The notes under the pieces are model-generated. The model worked only from the letters and a program-made list of their open reading frames with translations. It was not told where the DNA came from and searched no databases. From assembly GCA_003331635.1 (NCBI GenBank), contig QOPH01000002.1, positions 68,721 to 132,720 on the forward strand: 64,000 nucleotides of DNA, written 5' to 3'. The position numbers were made by a program, and so were the translations under genes. Of this stretch, positions 27,029 through 36,885 are shown piece by piece. This stretch comes from SAR86 cluster bacterium. GTDB lineage: Bacteria > Pseudomonadota > Gammaproteobacteria > Magnimaribacterales > TMED112. How positions within the stretch are numbered: the first letter of the stretch is position 1; each line of letters begins with the position of its first letter.

Positions 27029-27898
27029 TTATTCAGAATCTTTTACTACTGCCCTACCTAGAAGTTTCTCCCAATCTTTTTCTGGTCTAACTTCTAAATT
27101 AGTTTTCCATGCACCCTTGAGAACATTTAAGTCTATATTCTTCATATTGCCAAAATGTATTAATGCCTGAATATCTTTAGGAAAACAGCTTCCACCAAAG
27201 CCATATTTTCCATCATGTCCCGGAACATTTGTATGAGAGTGACCTACTCTTCCATCTCTCACAAAACCCTCAACTACTGTATCCCAATCAGCATCAACTT
27301 CATCTGAAAGTTTTTTCATTTCGTTTAAAAAAGACACCTTTGTTGCAAAAAAAGTATTGCATACATATTTGATTAACTCGGCAGTTTCGTAGTTTGTTTC
27401 TATAATAGAAACAGATTGTCCAAACCTATCTCGGTAGAGTTCAGCTACCTCTTTTGTATCTCTTTCAGAGCCTCCTAAGACATATCTACTTTGAGTTATA
27501 AAATCAAACGATGCACTTCTTTCAGTTAAAAATTCAGGATTAAATACAAATCTCAGCTTTGGAAATTTATCTTGAATCATTCTTGATGTTCCTGGAACAA
27601 TTGTTGATCTCAAGAGAAATATTGTATTTTTTGCTGAATTCTCATTTATCTGATTATCAATACTAGATATACAATCAAGAACCATATCAAGGTTTATTGA
27701 ACCATCTTCATTACTTGGAGTTGGGACTGAAATAAATACAAATTTTGAATCATTTACAACTTCATCAAGAGTGTTTATTGTACGTGTGGGATCCTTATCG
27801 AAGATTTTTACCTCTGACTCATATCCAGTATGTGGAGAGAAACCCTGAGCTACAGCTGTCCCCACAAACCCTTTTCCTATAATGCCTATCTTATTCAT
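27029..27898 (-). CDS. UDP-glucose/GDP-mannose dehydrogenase family protein, short form
   Basis: GKGFVG, VPTP, RSTIVPGT, NPEFL, AELIKY..N and GFGGSCFPKD (catalytic Cys); lacks the C-terminal domain. Confidence 0.85.
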   Translation of the reverse strand: MNKIGIIGKGFVGTAVAQGFSPHTGYESEVKIFDKDPTRTINTLDEVVNDSKFVFISVPTPSNEDGSINLDMVLDCISSIDNQINENSAKNTIFLLRSTIVPGTSRMIQDKFPKLRFVFNPEFLTERSASFDFITQSRYVLGGSERDTKEVAELYRDRFGQSVSIIETNYETAELIKYVCNTFFATKVSFLNEMKKLSDEVDADWDTVVEGFVRDGRVGHSHTNVPGHDGKYGFGGSCFPKDIQALIHFGNMKNIDLNVLKGAWKTNLEVRPEKDWEKLLGRAVVKDSE

Positions 27899-27952
27899 GA
27901 ATCGTGTATTTTAATCCCTTTTTCTCTCTTTTTGAAATTTTATTGTTAAAAT

Positions 27953-29725
27953 ATGGGCGATTGGAAAAATATGCAAAAATTTAGAATTCTGTTGATATCA
28001 CTTTTAATTTTAATTTCTCTAGGAGTGCTATTTTTTCTAGCTGACAAGGAGATTAGAAATAAAGAAGAATCAGGTCTCACTTATCAAATTTCGAGGCTCA
28101 TTCCAGAGAGTGTAAAGGACTTTTTGAAAGAAACTCTTTTTGCAAAGTCGGCTTTAGAAAGCAAAATAGAAGTTTTAGAAAAGGAAAAACTTCTAACTGC
28201 GCAGGAGAATATAACTCTATATACAAATATTTCTCAAATTTTGAGGAGCTCGTCTGTGAGCAATATATCTGCGCCCCTCCAATCTGAGGAAAATATTGAA
28301 GAACTTGTAAATGTCAAAAAATTTAAAATAGATTTTCTAAGTAATGGAAAATCACTTTTTAGCAAGGCTTCAGCATACCTTGAAACTATTGATGAAAATG
28401 TATTGATTGTCTCCGCAGATGGAGTTGTTGGATATTTTAATATTAATCAATTAGAAACAAACAAATTAAGTATTACTTCGATACCAACCAATATCGAGAG
28501 TTTTATTGACTATGCTGAGTTCTATACCCAATCCTTTTTAGGAATAAAAGATGTTTACATCAACGATGACAATGTTTATTTATCTTATACGAAGCAACTA
28601 AAAGAAGATTGCTTTAATATTTCAATACTCAAGGCGAAAGTAGATTACAAAAAACTTATTTTTAATGATTTTTTTTCAGTGGTTGAATGTACTACAAGAA
28701 CATCAATCTACGATGATAATATGCATCATGCTGGTGGCAGAATTATTTCATTAAATGACACATTTTTAGTTTTAACAGTTGGAGATTTTGGAAATTATGA
28801 AGCAGTACAAGATGATAATTCTTACTTTGGTAAAATCATAAAAATTAATATTGATACAAAAAACTATTCAATAATCTCAAAAGGACATAGAAATCCACAA
28901 GGATTAGCTTTAGACGATGTCTCAAATACAATTATAAGCACTGAACATGGCCCCTATGGCGGTGATGAAATTAATTTAATTGATTTGGGGGCACCAGAGC
29001 CTGAAAATTTTGGCTGGCCTGTATCATCATATGGTGAACATAACAGCTTAGGAAAGGTTGAGATCAATTCAAGTCTTTATGCTAGAGCTCCACTTAATAA
29101 GTCTCATGTAAATTATGGTTTTAAAGAGCCTGCAAAATTCTATGTTCCCTCAATAGGTATAAGCGAAGTAATTTTTGCTCCAGAAAATACTTTATTTAAT
29201 GACAATGAAAGAAGAATTATTGTCTCCTCTATGGGCTATACACATGAGGGGTTTGATTTAGATGATTTCACCTTACACATTTTTAAAGGAGATTATAAAA
29301 ATGGACTTCAGCAGGATGTAAAAATAAGAATTGGTGAGAGGATAAGGGATATAAAATATGTAAAAAGCATTGGAAAATACATAATGTTTTTAGAAAACTC
29401 TCCAGCGATTGCTTTATTGTCTAAAAAAGAATTATTAGAAGATAAAATAACAAACCTAATATCAAGAAGTGGTAAAGAAATATATTTAAGATACTGTGCT
29501 GCCTGTCATACAAATGGGTTTGCTGGATCGCCTTTGTTAAAAGACGAAGCGGAATGGGATTTAAGATTATCATACAGAGGTCGAGAGCAATTAATCTACA
29601 ACTCATTTTATGGTTATAAGGCAATGCCTGCTAAAGGTGGTTGTGGCGACTGTTCCTATGAAGAAATAGAAAAATCAGTTGACTATATATTGAATTTTAA
29701 AGACCCTGGACCTACTGGAGGCTGA
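27953..29725 (+). CDS. Membrane-anchored PQQ-dependent glucose/sorbosone dehydrogenase with C-terminal cytochrome c5
   Basis: N-terminal TM; HHAGGRI, GHRNPQGL, EHGP.GGDEIN, NFGWP; C-terminal CAACH and AMPAKGGCGDCS. Confidence 0.8.
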   Translation: MGDWKNMQKFRILLISLLILISLGVLFFLADKEIRNKEESGLTYQISRLIPESVKDFLKETLFAKSALESKIEVLEKEKLLTAQENITLYTNISQILRSSSVSNISAPLQSEENIEELVNVKKFKIDFLSNGKSLFSKASAYLETIDENVLIVSADGVVGYFNINQLETNKLSITSIPTNIESFIDYAEFYTQSFLGIKDVYINDDNVYLSYTKQLKEDCFNISILKAKVDYKKLIFNDFFSVVECTTRTSIYDDNMHHAGGRIISLNDTFLVLTVGDFGNYEAVQDDNSYFGKIIKINIDTKNYSIISKGHRNPQGLALDDVSNTIISTEHGPYGGDEINLIDLGAPEPENFGWPVSSYGEHNSLGKVEINSSLYARAPLNKSHVNYGFKEPAKFYVPSIGISEVIFAPENTLFNDNERRIIVSSMGYTHEGFDLDDFTLHIFKGDYKNGLQQDVKIRIGERIRDIKYVKSIGKYIMFLENSPAIALLSKKELLEDKITNLISRSGKEIYLRYCAACHTNGFAGSPLLKDEAEWDLRLSYRGREQLIYNSFYGYKAMPAKGGCGDCSYEEIEKSVDYILNFKDPGPTGG

Positions 29726-29789
29726 GAACGGAATCGAACCGATGTTAACGGAGTTGCAGTCCGCTGCATAACCACTCTGCCACTCAGCC
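29716..29789 (-). tRNA. tRNA-Cys(GCA)
   Basis: GGCTGAG...CTCAGCC-T-CCA (U73 discriminator), anticodon loop CTGCAAC, GGTTCGATTCC T-arm. Confidence 0.97.
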
Positions 29790-29798
29790 AGATTAGAG

Positions 29799-29807
29799 AT
29801 TATAGCA
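29799..29807 (-). promoter_or_regulatory. Extended -10 promoter element for tRNA-Cys
   Basis: TGCTATAAT (TGn-TATAAT) 9 nt upstream of the mature tRNA 5' end. Confidence 0.6.
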
Positions 29808-29809
29808 AA

Positions 29810-31177
29810 TTAGTAATTATAAGAATCCTCTTTAAAAGGTCCTTCTTGTTCAACCCCAATGTAATCTGCTTGTTCTTTTGTTAATTTTGTTAGAGTTCCA
29901 CCAAAACCTTTTACCATTAAAGAAGCAACTTCTTCATCTAAATATTTTGGAAGAACTTTTACTGATACTTTTTTCAATTTTTCTTCTTTTGATAAATTTG
30001 CAAACTTATCTTTATATAGAAAAATCTGAGCGAGTACTTGGTTACAAAAGGACCCGTCCATTACTCTACTGGGATGCCCAGTGGCAAGTGCTAAATTAGC
30101 TAATCTACCTTCCGCTAAAAGTATAAGGTAATCCCCTTCCCCTCTGATAACTTTGTGCACACCTTCTTTAATTTCGTACCATTCATATTTTTTTAAGTAT
30201 TTAACATCTATTTCATTATCGAAATGGCCGATGTTGCAAACCACACATGAGGATTTTAATGCATCAAGCATTAAGCCATTTAAAACTCCAGTATTACCTG
30301 TAGCTGTGACTACTAGATCATATTTTTTTAGCAAATCCTTATTGATATCAGAGGCATTATTGCTAATTTCTCCATTCTTATATGCTGACACAATTGAGAA
30401 TCCATCAAAGCATGCCTGCATTGCACAAATAGGATCGGTTTCAGCTACATCCACAATCATCTTTTGTTGATTTAATGAATCAGCAGATCCTTTACCCACA
30501 TCTCCATATCCTATAACTAACGCTTTCTTTCCGGATAGAAGCATATCAGTACCTCTTTTTATAGCATCATCTAAACTATGACGGCACCCATATTTGTTAT
30601 CGTTTTTTGATTTAGTTATTGAGTCATTTACATTTATTGCAGGCACTGCTAATTTTCCTTTTTTTAATAAATCTTTAAGTCTATGAACGCCTGTAGTAGT
30701 TTCTTCAGAAATTCCATGAATCTTCTCAAGCATTTCTGGGTAATCTTTATGAATCTTTGCTGTTAAATCTCCACCATCATCTAAAATCATATTTGCATCC
30801 CAAGCTTGGCCATTTTTGAGAATTGTTTGCTCTATACACCAATCATATTCTTCTTCTGTTTCCCCCTTCCATGCAAACACTGGAATACCCTTATCTGCAA
30901 TAGCCGCAGCAGCATGATCTTGGGTCGAAAAAATATTACAAGATGACCATCTAACTTCTGCTCCTAAATCAATTAATGTTTCGATTAATACAGCTGTTTG
31001 AATTGTCATGTGTATGCATCCTAGAATCTTAGCTCCCTGCAAGGGCTGTTCTTCTTTGTACTGCTCTCTAAGATGCATTAAAGCCGGCATTTCGTCTTGA
31101 GCAAGCAATATTTCTTGTCTACCAAACTCAGCTAAATTAATGTCTTTAACTTTATAGTCTTTATTCATTTCCGTCAT
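29810..31177 (-). CDS. ahcY: S-adenosylhomocysteine hydrolase
   Basis: [38 protein letters not shown] and GHPSRVM motifs; start could be 31168. Confidence 0.96.
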   Translation of the reverse strand: MTEMNKDYKVKDINLAEFGRQEILLAQDEMPALMHLREQYKEEQPLQGAKILGCIHMTIQTAVLIETLIDLGAEVRWSSCNIFSTQDHAAAAIADKGIPVFAWKGETEEEYDWCIEQTILKNGQAWDANMILDDGGDLTAKIHKDYPEMLEKIHGISEETTTGVHRLKDLLKKGKLAVPAINVNDSITKSKNDNKYGCRHSLDDAIKRGTDMLLSGKKALVIGYGDVGKGSADSLNQQKMIVDVAETDPICAMQACFDGFSIVSAYKNGEISNNASDINKDLLKKYDLVVTATGNTGVLNGLMLDALKSSCVVCNIGHFDNEIDVKYLKKYEWYEIKEGVHKVIRGEGDYLILLAEGRLANLALATGHPSRVMDGSFCNQVLAQIFLYKDKFANLSKEEKLKKVSVKVLPKYLDEEVASLMVKGFGGTLTKLTKEQADYIGVEQEGPFKEDSYNY

Positions 31178-31937
31178 AGTACTTTATTCTTTCAATATCT
31201 TCCTCTGAGTTTTCTTCACCAAATTGAATTTCAATAATTCTACATTCTTCTTTGTAAGGATTAAACAATTGATGCCATTCTTCTTTTTTTACACTAAATG
31301 TATCAAATGTATTAAGTGGTATTTCATCGACTTTGGAATGATCATTTTTATGAAAATTTACACAACATTTTCCTTCTGAAACAAACCAAATTTCACTTCT
31401 TTTGAAGTGTTTCTGGAGGCTCATTCCTTTTCCAGGTTTAATAATAAGTTCCTTTAATTTTATTTTTTTATCTTGATATAAATTAAAGAACTCACCCCAA
31501 ATCCTTTTTTCAGATAACCCTTTCCATTGCTTTAGAATTTTACTGCTCGAATTAATTTTACTTTCACCACCAACACCAAACTTTAATGATATATCCTTAA
31601 CCTGCATTTCAGGGATATTTCCTGAATTTCTATCACCTCCATTACAAAAAATTATTTCATCTTTAGGGAATTTTAATTTTATTTGCTCAAGTGCATTAAT
31701 GCAGCTTCCAGCCTCGTCATCTTCAAAGGAGACTACCTCATCAACAAAACTAAAGGAACTCAACACACTCAGTCTTTCTTGGTACGGCATAAAAGGCTTT
31801 CCTTTTTTCAATGTAAGCCAATTATCTGAATTTAATGCCACTATTAAATAATCACCAATATTTTTTGCAGCTTTTAAATATTCAATATGACCAGAATGAA
31901 CAGGATCAAAGCCACCACTAACAACAGATATTTTCAT
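31161..31937 (-). CDS. Fusion of cytidylyltransferase-like (TagD/RfaE-type HxGH) domain and mannose-6-P-isomerase-like cupin
   Basis: [20 protein letters not shown] and SSS; C-terminal RIWG..., SLQKH..RSE.W, WHQL.N and IEIQ.G....EEDIER; ATGA overlap with the metK stop. Confidence 0.82.
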   Translation of the reverse strand: MKISVVSGGFDPVHSGHIEYLKAAKNIGDYLIVALNSDNWLTLKKGKPFMPYQERLSVLSSFSFVDEVVSFEDDEAGSCINALEQIKLKFPKDEIIFCNGGDRNSGNIPEMQVKDISLKFGVGGESKINSSSKILKQWKGLSEKRIWGEFFNLYQDKKIKLKELIIKPGKGMSLQKHFKRSEIWFVSEGKCCVNFHKNDHSKVDEIPLNTFDTFSVKKEEWHQLFNPYKEECRIIEIQFGEENSEEDIERIKYYDGNE

Positions 31938-33055
31938 TTTAAGTTTTTGGTTTTTTCCCAACTAAAATTTTGATCTTCTCTTCCAAAATGACCATATTTT
32001 GCAGTATTAAGATATATTGGATTTAAAAGACTTAAATTAGAAATAATTCCTTGAGGTGTAAGATCAAAGTTTTTGTTTATTATTTTATTAATTTCTTCAA
32101 GTGGAATTTTTTCACTCTCAAAGGTATTTGTGTAAATAGATACTGGATTTTCAACTCCAATTGCATAAGAAACTTGAACTTCACAATAATCGCATAAATT
32201 TTCATTGACTAATGTTTTTGCAACTTGTCGCATTGCATATGCTGCAGATCTATCTACTTTTGAAGGGTCTTTTCCAGAAAATGCTCCACCTCCATGTCTT
32301 GCCATTCCACCATAACTATCTACAATAATTTTTCTTCCTGTCATGCCGCAATCTCCAACTGGACCCCCGATGGTAAATTGACCAGCAGGATTTATTAAGA
32401 ATTCAGTATCATCATCTATTAATTCGTAAGGGATAACTTTTTTTATTATTTCTTCTAAAATAAATTCTCTTAAGTCCCTAAGATCAAAGCTTGGGCAATG
32501 TTGTGCTGAAAATACAATTGCGGAAATCCTCTCAGGTTCATAGTTATCAGAGTATTGTACCGAGACTTGAGATTTGGCATCTGGCCAAAGTTGACTATTT
32601 ATATTCCTTATAGTTTTATGTTTTTGCATCAGGTTATGTGCTAACGAAATTGGAAGTGGCATTAATTCTTTTGTTTCCTTACAAGCGTAGCCAAACATTA
32701 ACCCTTGATCACCTGAGCCTAAAATTTCACCTTTTGATATTCCCTGATGAATATCTTCACTTTGTTTACCAACTAAATTTTTAAAATTAATTGACTCATG
32801 ACTAAATCCCATTTCTTTATTGTCATATCCAATATCTTTAATTACTGATTCGGCAACCTCTTTATAATTAATATCAGCTTTTGAAGTAATTTCGCCTCCA
32901 ACTATGACATGATTATTTTTGATCATAGTTTCACAGGCAACTCTGGAGTGTTTATCTTGTTTTATACACTCATCTAAAATTGCATCTGAAATTTGATCAC
33001 AGATTTTATCTGGATGTCCCTCAGAAACAGATTCAGATGTAAAAATATATGACAT
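31934..33055 (-). CDS. metK: S-adenosylmethionine synthetase
   Basis: FTSESVSEGHPDK, GSGDQG, GRKIIVDSYG and GGGAFSGKDPSKVDRS motifs. Confidence 0.97.
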   Translation of the reverse strand: MSYIFTSESVSEGHPDKICDQISDAILDECIKQDKHSRVACETMIKNNHVIVGGEITSKADINYKEVAESVIKDIGYDNKEMGFSHESINFKNLVGKQSEDIHQGISKGEILGSGDQGLMFGYACKETKELMPLPISLAHNLMQKHKTIRNINSQLWPDAKSQVSVQYSDNYEPERISAIVFSAQHCPSFDLRDLREFILEEIIKKVIPYELIDDDTEFLINPAGQFTIGGPVGDCGMTGRKIIVDSYGGMARHGGGAFSGKDPSKVDRSAAYAMRQVAKTLVNENLCDYCEVQVSYAIGVENPVSIYTNTFESEKIPLEEINKIINKNFDLTPQGIISNLSLLNPIYLNTAKYGHFGREDQNFSWEKTKNLK

Positions 33056-34992
33056 TAAAGACCCTCAATTTTTATACCTTTTATTGAAAGCGTGTCTTTA
33101 TTTATCTTCTTCATTATTTCATCAATTTCTTTATCTGTTGGACTTTTAGTTGATGATTGAAATTTAAACCTATAACCCACTTTAAGAATATTTATTTTTT
33201 TGTTATCAAAATAATCAAAAACAAATGCTTCCTGAAGCAATTTGAAAGATTTCACATTTTTTTCAATTTTTTTCTCAAGATTTTTTAAAATATTTAAATT
33301 TTCTAAACTATATGACATGTCTCTATATGAAGCTGGATGATCAGAAATGCCGACATATTTTTGAGAAGGCACTGAAAGAGAATCAATATCAATTTCAAAA
33401 GAATAAACTGGGGTTTTAACTTTTGATTTTAAGAAATTTTTTGACAGTTTACCTATCCTGCCTATATTTGTTCCTTTAAAGATAATTGTTTCTCGGAAAT
33501 CATAATTTTCAGACGAGGATGAAGAAAATGTTAGTGCAACATTCATTGTTTCACTAAAAATTGTTTTTAAAAGTCCTTTAAGATAACCATAATCCAACAT
33601 TGAGTTGAATTCTTTATGATTTTTATTAATTCGACCTGAAACAATAAGACTTAGCTTCTTAGATACTCCTGATTTTGTGTAAATATCGGAGAATTCAAAA
33701 AATTTTATCGAATCCTTTTGTCTATTTTGATTATAAACGAGATTATCTTTTAAAGATTTTGTTAAACATACGCGCATCTTTGATCTTTGCTTATCTAATG
33801 GATTGTCTACAACAATTGCTGATTCATCATTATTATCATTGAATGGAAAATTTATCACCTCAAAGAAACCATTATTAACAAGATAATTCCTGCAAATTAA
33901 TTCAAAACTTCTATCTAAGGTTTTTGCTTTCACTGGAAGCTTTAAAGCTTTGGAAGGTATATTGTTGTACCCAACCACTCTAGTGATTTCTTCAGCTAAA
34001 TCATTAATTTGGTCAATATCAGATCTGTGAGCAGGAACAGCAACTTTTTTTCCATTAGTAAATCCTAGTGAACTAAGAATAGCCTTTTGTTCTTTTTCAT
34101 TTATATCGCAACCAATAATCTCATTAAGCTTCTTTGAATCATAAGCCACACTTTTTGTGTTATTTTTTTTATTTTCAGAAATAAATTTAAGTGACCTAAT
34201 TTCAGCATGATCATCGATTATTTTAATAAATCTTCTCAAAACATTTTCTTGTCCTAGAAAATCAACACCTCTTTCAAATTTATAAGCTGCTTCAGAATTA
34301 AGGTTATATTTTCTAGCCTGACCTAAAATTTCTTCTGGTTTAAAATACGCGCATTCAATCAGAACTTTATATGTGTTTTTGCCACAAGATGTACTTGCGC
34401 CTCCCATTACTCCTGCAAGGCTTATTACTTTGCTGTCAAGAGTAAAAACTAAATCATTTTTTTCTATTTCGATTTCTTCATTAAGTAATGTCAAAAACTT
34501 AGATTTCTTTTTGTTTTTTTCTAAAACAAATATTCCATTCATTTTTTCTGCATCAAAGCAATGTGTCGGTTGTCCACTTTCATAGGCAAGGTAGTTTGAA
34601 ATATCTGTAAAAAAATTATTCTTGTTAATTTTTAAACTTTTAAAATAATTTTCTAAGTAGTTTTCATAAGGCTTTATTTTGCCTACTATTTCAACTTCTA
34701 AAAATGAGATATTTGGACAAAGATCTTTTGTTTTATTTTTAAAATTTAAATTTAGTTTCTGAATTTTTTTTGTAAATATTGGCTTTTCAATTTTTGCCTT
34801 GTAAAAATAGTTTAAATCCCTCGCCAAACCTTTCAAGGAAAGACAATCGCCCCTATTTGGAGTAATTTCAAAATCTAAAATACCTTTATTAAGTTCGTGT
34901 TCATGACCAAGTTGGAAAAGCCTTTCTGATAATTCTGATATTTTCGGTTTATTTTTAAAATACTCCAAAAGTTGTTGAGCAATAATTTTCAT
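33055..34992 (-). CDS. pheT: Phenylalanine-tRNA ligase beta subunit, lacking the B2 OB-fold
   Basis: EITPNRGDCLS, GQPTHCFD, LAGVMGG, FERGVD, RSDI...DLAEE and a C-terminal FDX-ACB domain; 645 aa. Confidence 0.93.
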   Translation of the reverse strand: MKIIAQQLLEYFKNKPKISELSERLFQLGHEHELNKGILDFEITPNRGDCLSLKGLARDLNYFYKAKIEKPIFTKKIQKLNLNFKNKTKDLCPNISFLEVEIVGKIKPYENYLENYFKSLKINKNNFFTDISNYLAYESGQPTHCFDAEKMNGIFVLEKNKKKSKFLTLLNEEIEIEKNDLVFTLDSKVISLAGVMGGASTSCGKNTYKVLIECAYFKPEEILGQARKYNLNSEAAYKFERGVDFLGQENVLRRFIKIIDDHAEIRSLKFISENKKNNTKSVAYDSKKLNEIIGCDINEKEQKAILSSLGFTNGKKVAVPAHRSDIDQINDLAEEITRVVGYNNIPSKALKLPVKAKTLDRSFELICRNYLVNNGFFEVINFPFNDNNDESAIVVDNPLDKQRSKMRVCLTKSLKDNLVYNQNRQKDSIKFFEFSDIYTKSGVSKKLSLIVSGRINKNHKEFNSMLDYGYLKGLLKTIFSETMNVALTFSSSSSENYDFRETIIFKGTNIGRIGKLSKNFLKSKVKTPVYSFEIDIDSLSVPSQKYVGISDHPASYRDMSYSLENLNILKNLEKKIEKNVKSFKLLQEAFVFDYFDNKKINILKVGYRFKFQSSTKSPTDKEIDEIMKKINKDTLSIKGIKIEGL

Positions 34993-35711
34993 TTAAATTG
35001 TCTTAAAAAATCTAAGTTTGATTTGTAAAATTCTCGGATATCCTTAACACCATATCTAAGCATAGCAATCCTTTCTATACCCAAACCAAAAGCTAAACCA
35101 GAGAATTTTTTTGAATCTATTTTACAATTACTAAGAACTTTTGGATTTACAATCCCACAACCTAAAATCTCAAGCCATTTTCTCCCAAAAAGTATATCCA
35201 CTTCAGCAGATGGTTCTGTGAATGGAAAGTAGGAGGGTCTAAATCGTATTTTTATTTTTTCTCCAAATAAAGATGAGCAAATTTTATAAATAAGGTCTTT
35301 TAAATGAGCAAAACTCACACCTTGGTCAATATAAATACCTTCAATTTGATGGAACATTGGCAAATGAGTAGAGTCATCATCTTTTCTATATACTTTGCCA
35401 GGCGATATGAATGATATGGGAGGTTTGTTTCTTAACATACACCTCACTTGCACAGGAGAAGTATGAGTTCTTAAAACATTTTTCTTACCACCAACATAAA
35501 AGGTATCATGCATTTCTCTAGCAGGATGTGTGGCAGGTATATTGAGCATATCGAAGTTGTTTTTTTCACTTTCTATTTCAGGTCCTTCAGCAACTTCAAA
35601 GCCAAATGACGTAAGTAATTTTATAAGTTCGAACTTCACTTGATTTATTGGGTGGATAGAGCCTAATTCTCTATCTAAAGTTGGTATGTAAATATCCTTT
35701 GGTTCTGACAT
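34989..35711 (-). CDS. pheS: Phenylalanine-tRNA ligase alpha subunit, lacking the N-terminal arm
   Basis: GSIHP, NFDMLN..HPAREMHDTFY, LRTHTS, FHQIEG, YFPFTEPS and GLAFGLGIER motifs; 240 aa. Confidence 0.95.
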   Translation of the reverse strand: MSEPKDIYIPTLDRELGSIHPINQVKFELIKLLTSFGFEVAEGPEIESEKNNFDMLNIPATHPAREMHDTFYVGGKKNVLRTHTSPVQVRCMLRNKPPISFISPGKVYRKDDDSTHLPMFHQIEGIYIDQGVSFAHLKDLIYKICSSLFGEKIKIRFRPSYFPFTEPSAEVDILFGRKWLEILGCGIVNPKVLSNCKIDSKKFSGLAFGLGIERIAMLRYGVKDIREFYKSNLDFLRQFK

Positions 35712-36058
35712 TAATCTATAGCAGTTTTCACAACTTTTTCAAAAGTTGCTTTATCCTGTATAGCTAACTCTGAGAGCATCTTTCTGTCAAGTTCTATGCC
35801 CTTTTTATTTAGTCCATCTATGAATTTTGAATATGAATATCCTAGGTTTCTCACTTCTGCATTGATTCGAGTAATCCAAAGCCTTCTAAAATCTCTTTTT
35901 CTATTTTTTCTGTCTCTATAGGCATATTGCATTGATTTAATTAGCGATTGCTTTGCTGTTTTAAAGAGCCTAGATCTTGCACCATAATGACCTTTAGTTT
36001 TCGCCAAAACAGCTTTATGTTTTTTTGATGCTAAGTTTCCTTTAGTTGTTCTTGGCAT
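35711..36058 (-). CDS. rplT: 50S ribosomal protein L20
   Basis: [21 protein letters not shown] and DRKMLSELA. Confidence 0.97.
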   Translation of the reverse strand: MPRTTKGNLASKKHKAVLAKTKGHYGARSRLFKTAKQSLIKSMQYAYRDRKNRKRDFRRLWITRINAEVRNLGYSYSKFIDGLNKKGIELDRKMLSELAIQDKATFEKVVKTAID

Positions 36059-36249
36059 TATGCCTCCAATAATTTATTGATGACTTTAAGATTTGCACCT
36101 TCTAAATTAGATGTTCCTCTAGCATGTCTTTTTTTCTTAGTTGAGTGTTTTGACAATATATGATTTCTTCCAGACGAGCGCATTTTGAGACCCGAGCCGG
36201 TCGCTTTAAACCTTTTCTTCGCACTAGAATGATTCTTTAATTTTGTCAT
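36058..36249 (-). CDS. rpmI: 50S ribosomal protein L35
   Basis: [15 protein letters not shown] and H...K...KKR; lies between infC and rplT. Confidence 0.93.
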   Translation of the reverse strand: MTKLKNHSSAKKRFKATGSGLKMRSSGRNHILSKHSTKKKRHARGTSNLEGANLKVINKLLEA

Positions 36250-36785
36250 TTCATTTTCTTTGATGTCAGTAAAGCACTATATGTTCTATTCTCAAACTTC
36301 GGCTCTACTAAGACAGTTGCAATATCTTCGGTTTCTTTAATGATACTGTCAAGCAAACTCTTACCAAAAGAAGTATTTCCAAGCTCTCTTCCTCTGAATA
36401 CTACAGATATTTTTACGTTAGCTCTTTTTTCTAGAAAACCAAGGATTTTTTTAAGTTTCACGTCTATATCTCCTTTATCGATATTAGGACGCATTTTTAT
36501 CTCTTTCTGCTCAATTCTCTTTTGATTTTTTTTGGCCGCTGACTGTTTCTTCTTTTGATCAAATTTATACTTCCCATAATCAATTATCTTTGCAACACAT
36601 GGCTCTTTATCAAATGTAATCTGTAGAAGATCTAATCCCTCGTTTTTGGCAAGATTAATTGCCTCATCTTTACTATAGGTACCCAACTTTTCACCTGAAC
36701 TTGAAATGACTGTTAATTTATTAGCCCTAATAAACTGATTTACAGGCGCTGGTGGTGGCTTTCTTCTTCTTTGTGGTCTCAAAAT
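36246..36785 (-). CDS. infC: Translation initiation factor IF-3 (probable AUU start)
   Basis: [27 protein letters not shown] and FRGRE; in-frame ATT at 36785 directly precedes the TTG at 36782. Confidence 0.94.
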   Translation of the reverse strand: MLRPQRRRKPPPAPVNQFIRANKLTVISSSGEKLGTYSKDEAINLAKNEGLDLLQITFDKEPCVAKIIDYGKYKFDQKKKQSAAKKNQKRIEQKEIKMRPNIDKGDIDVKLKKILGFLEKRANVKISVVFRGRELGNTSFGKSLLDSIIKETEDIATVLVEPKFENRTYSALLTSKKMK

Positions 36786-36885
36786 TGTTTTAGATTATAA
36801 AAGACTGGATGCATGCTGATTAGCAACTGGAACAATTTAATTCAAATTTCATAGAAATGTGATATTAACTGATTAAATAATTTTA

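Larger units (their letters stand above)
1..27898. other. Surface polysaccharide (O-antigen/LPS-like) biosynthesis island, left end outside the window
   Basis: Continuous run of GTs, nucleotide-sugar enzymes, wzy/wzz-like genes and an ABC flippase next to tRNA-Leu/tRNA-Cys; frequent strand switches. Confidence 0.85.

Noticed and set aside
26923-29789. Prophage or integrative element at the tRNAs
   Set aside because: No integrase, no duplicated tRNA 3' end and no phage structural genes seen
36800-36885. Possible structured RNA upstream of infC (TGCT-GATT-AGCA, ATTTC-ATA-GAAAT)
   Set aside because: Only 4-5-bp stems and upstream of the predicted -10; no recognisable L20 leader or riboswitch
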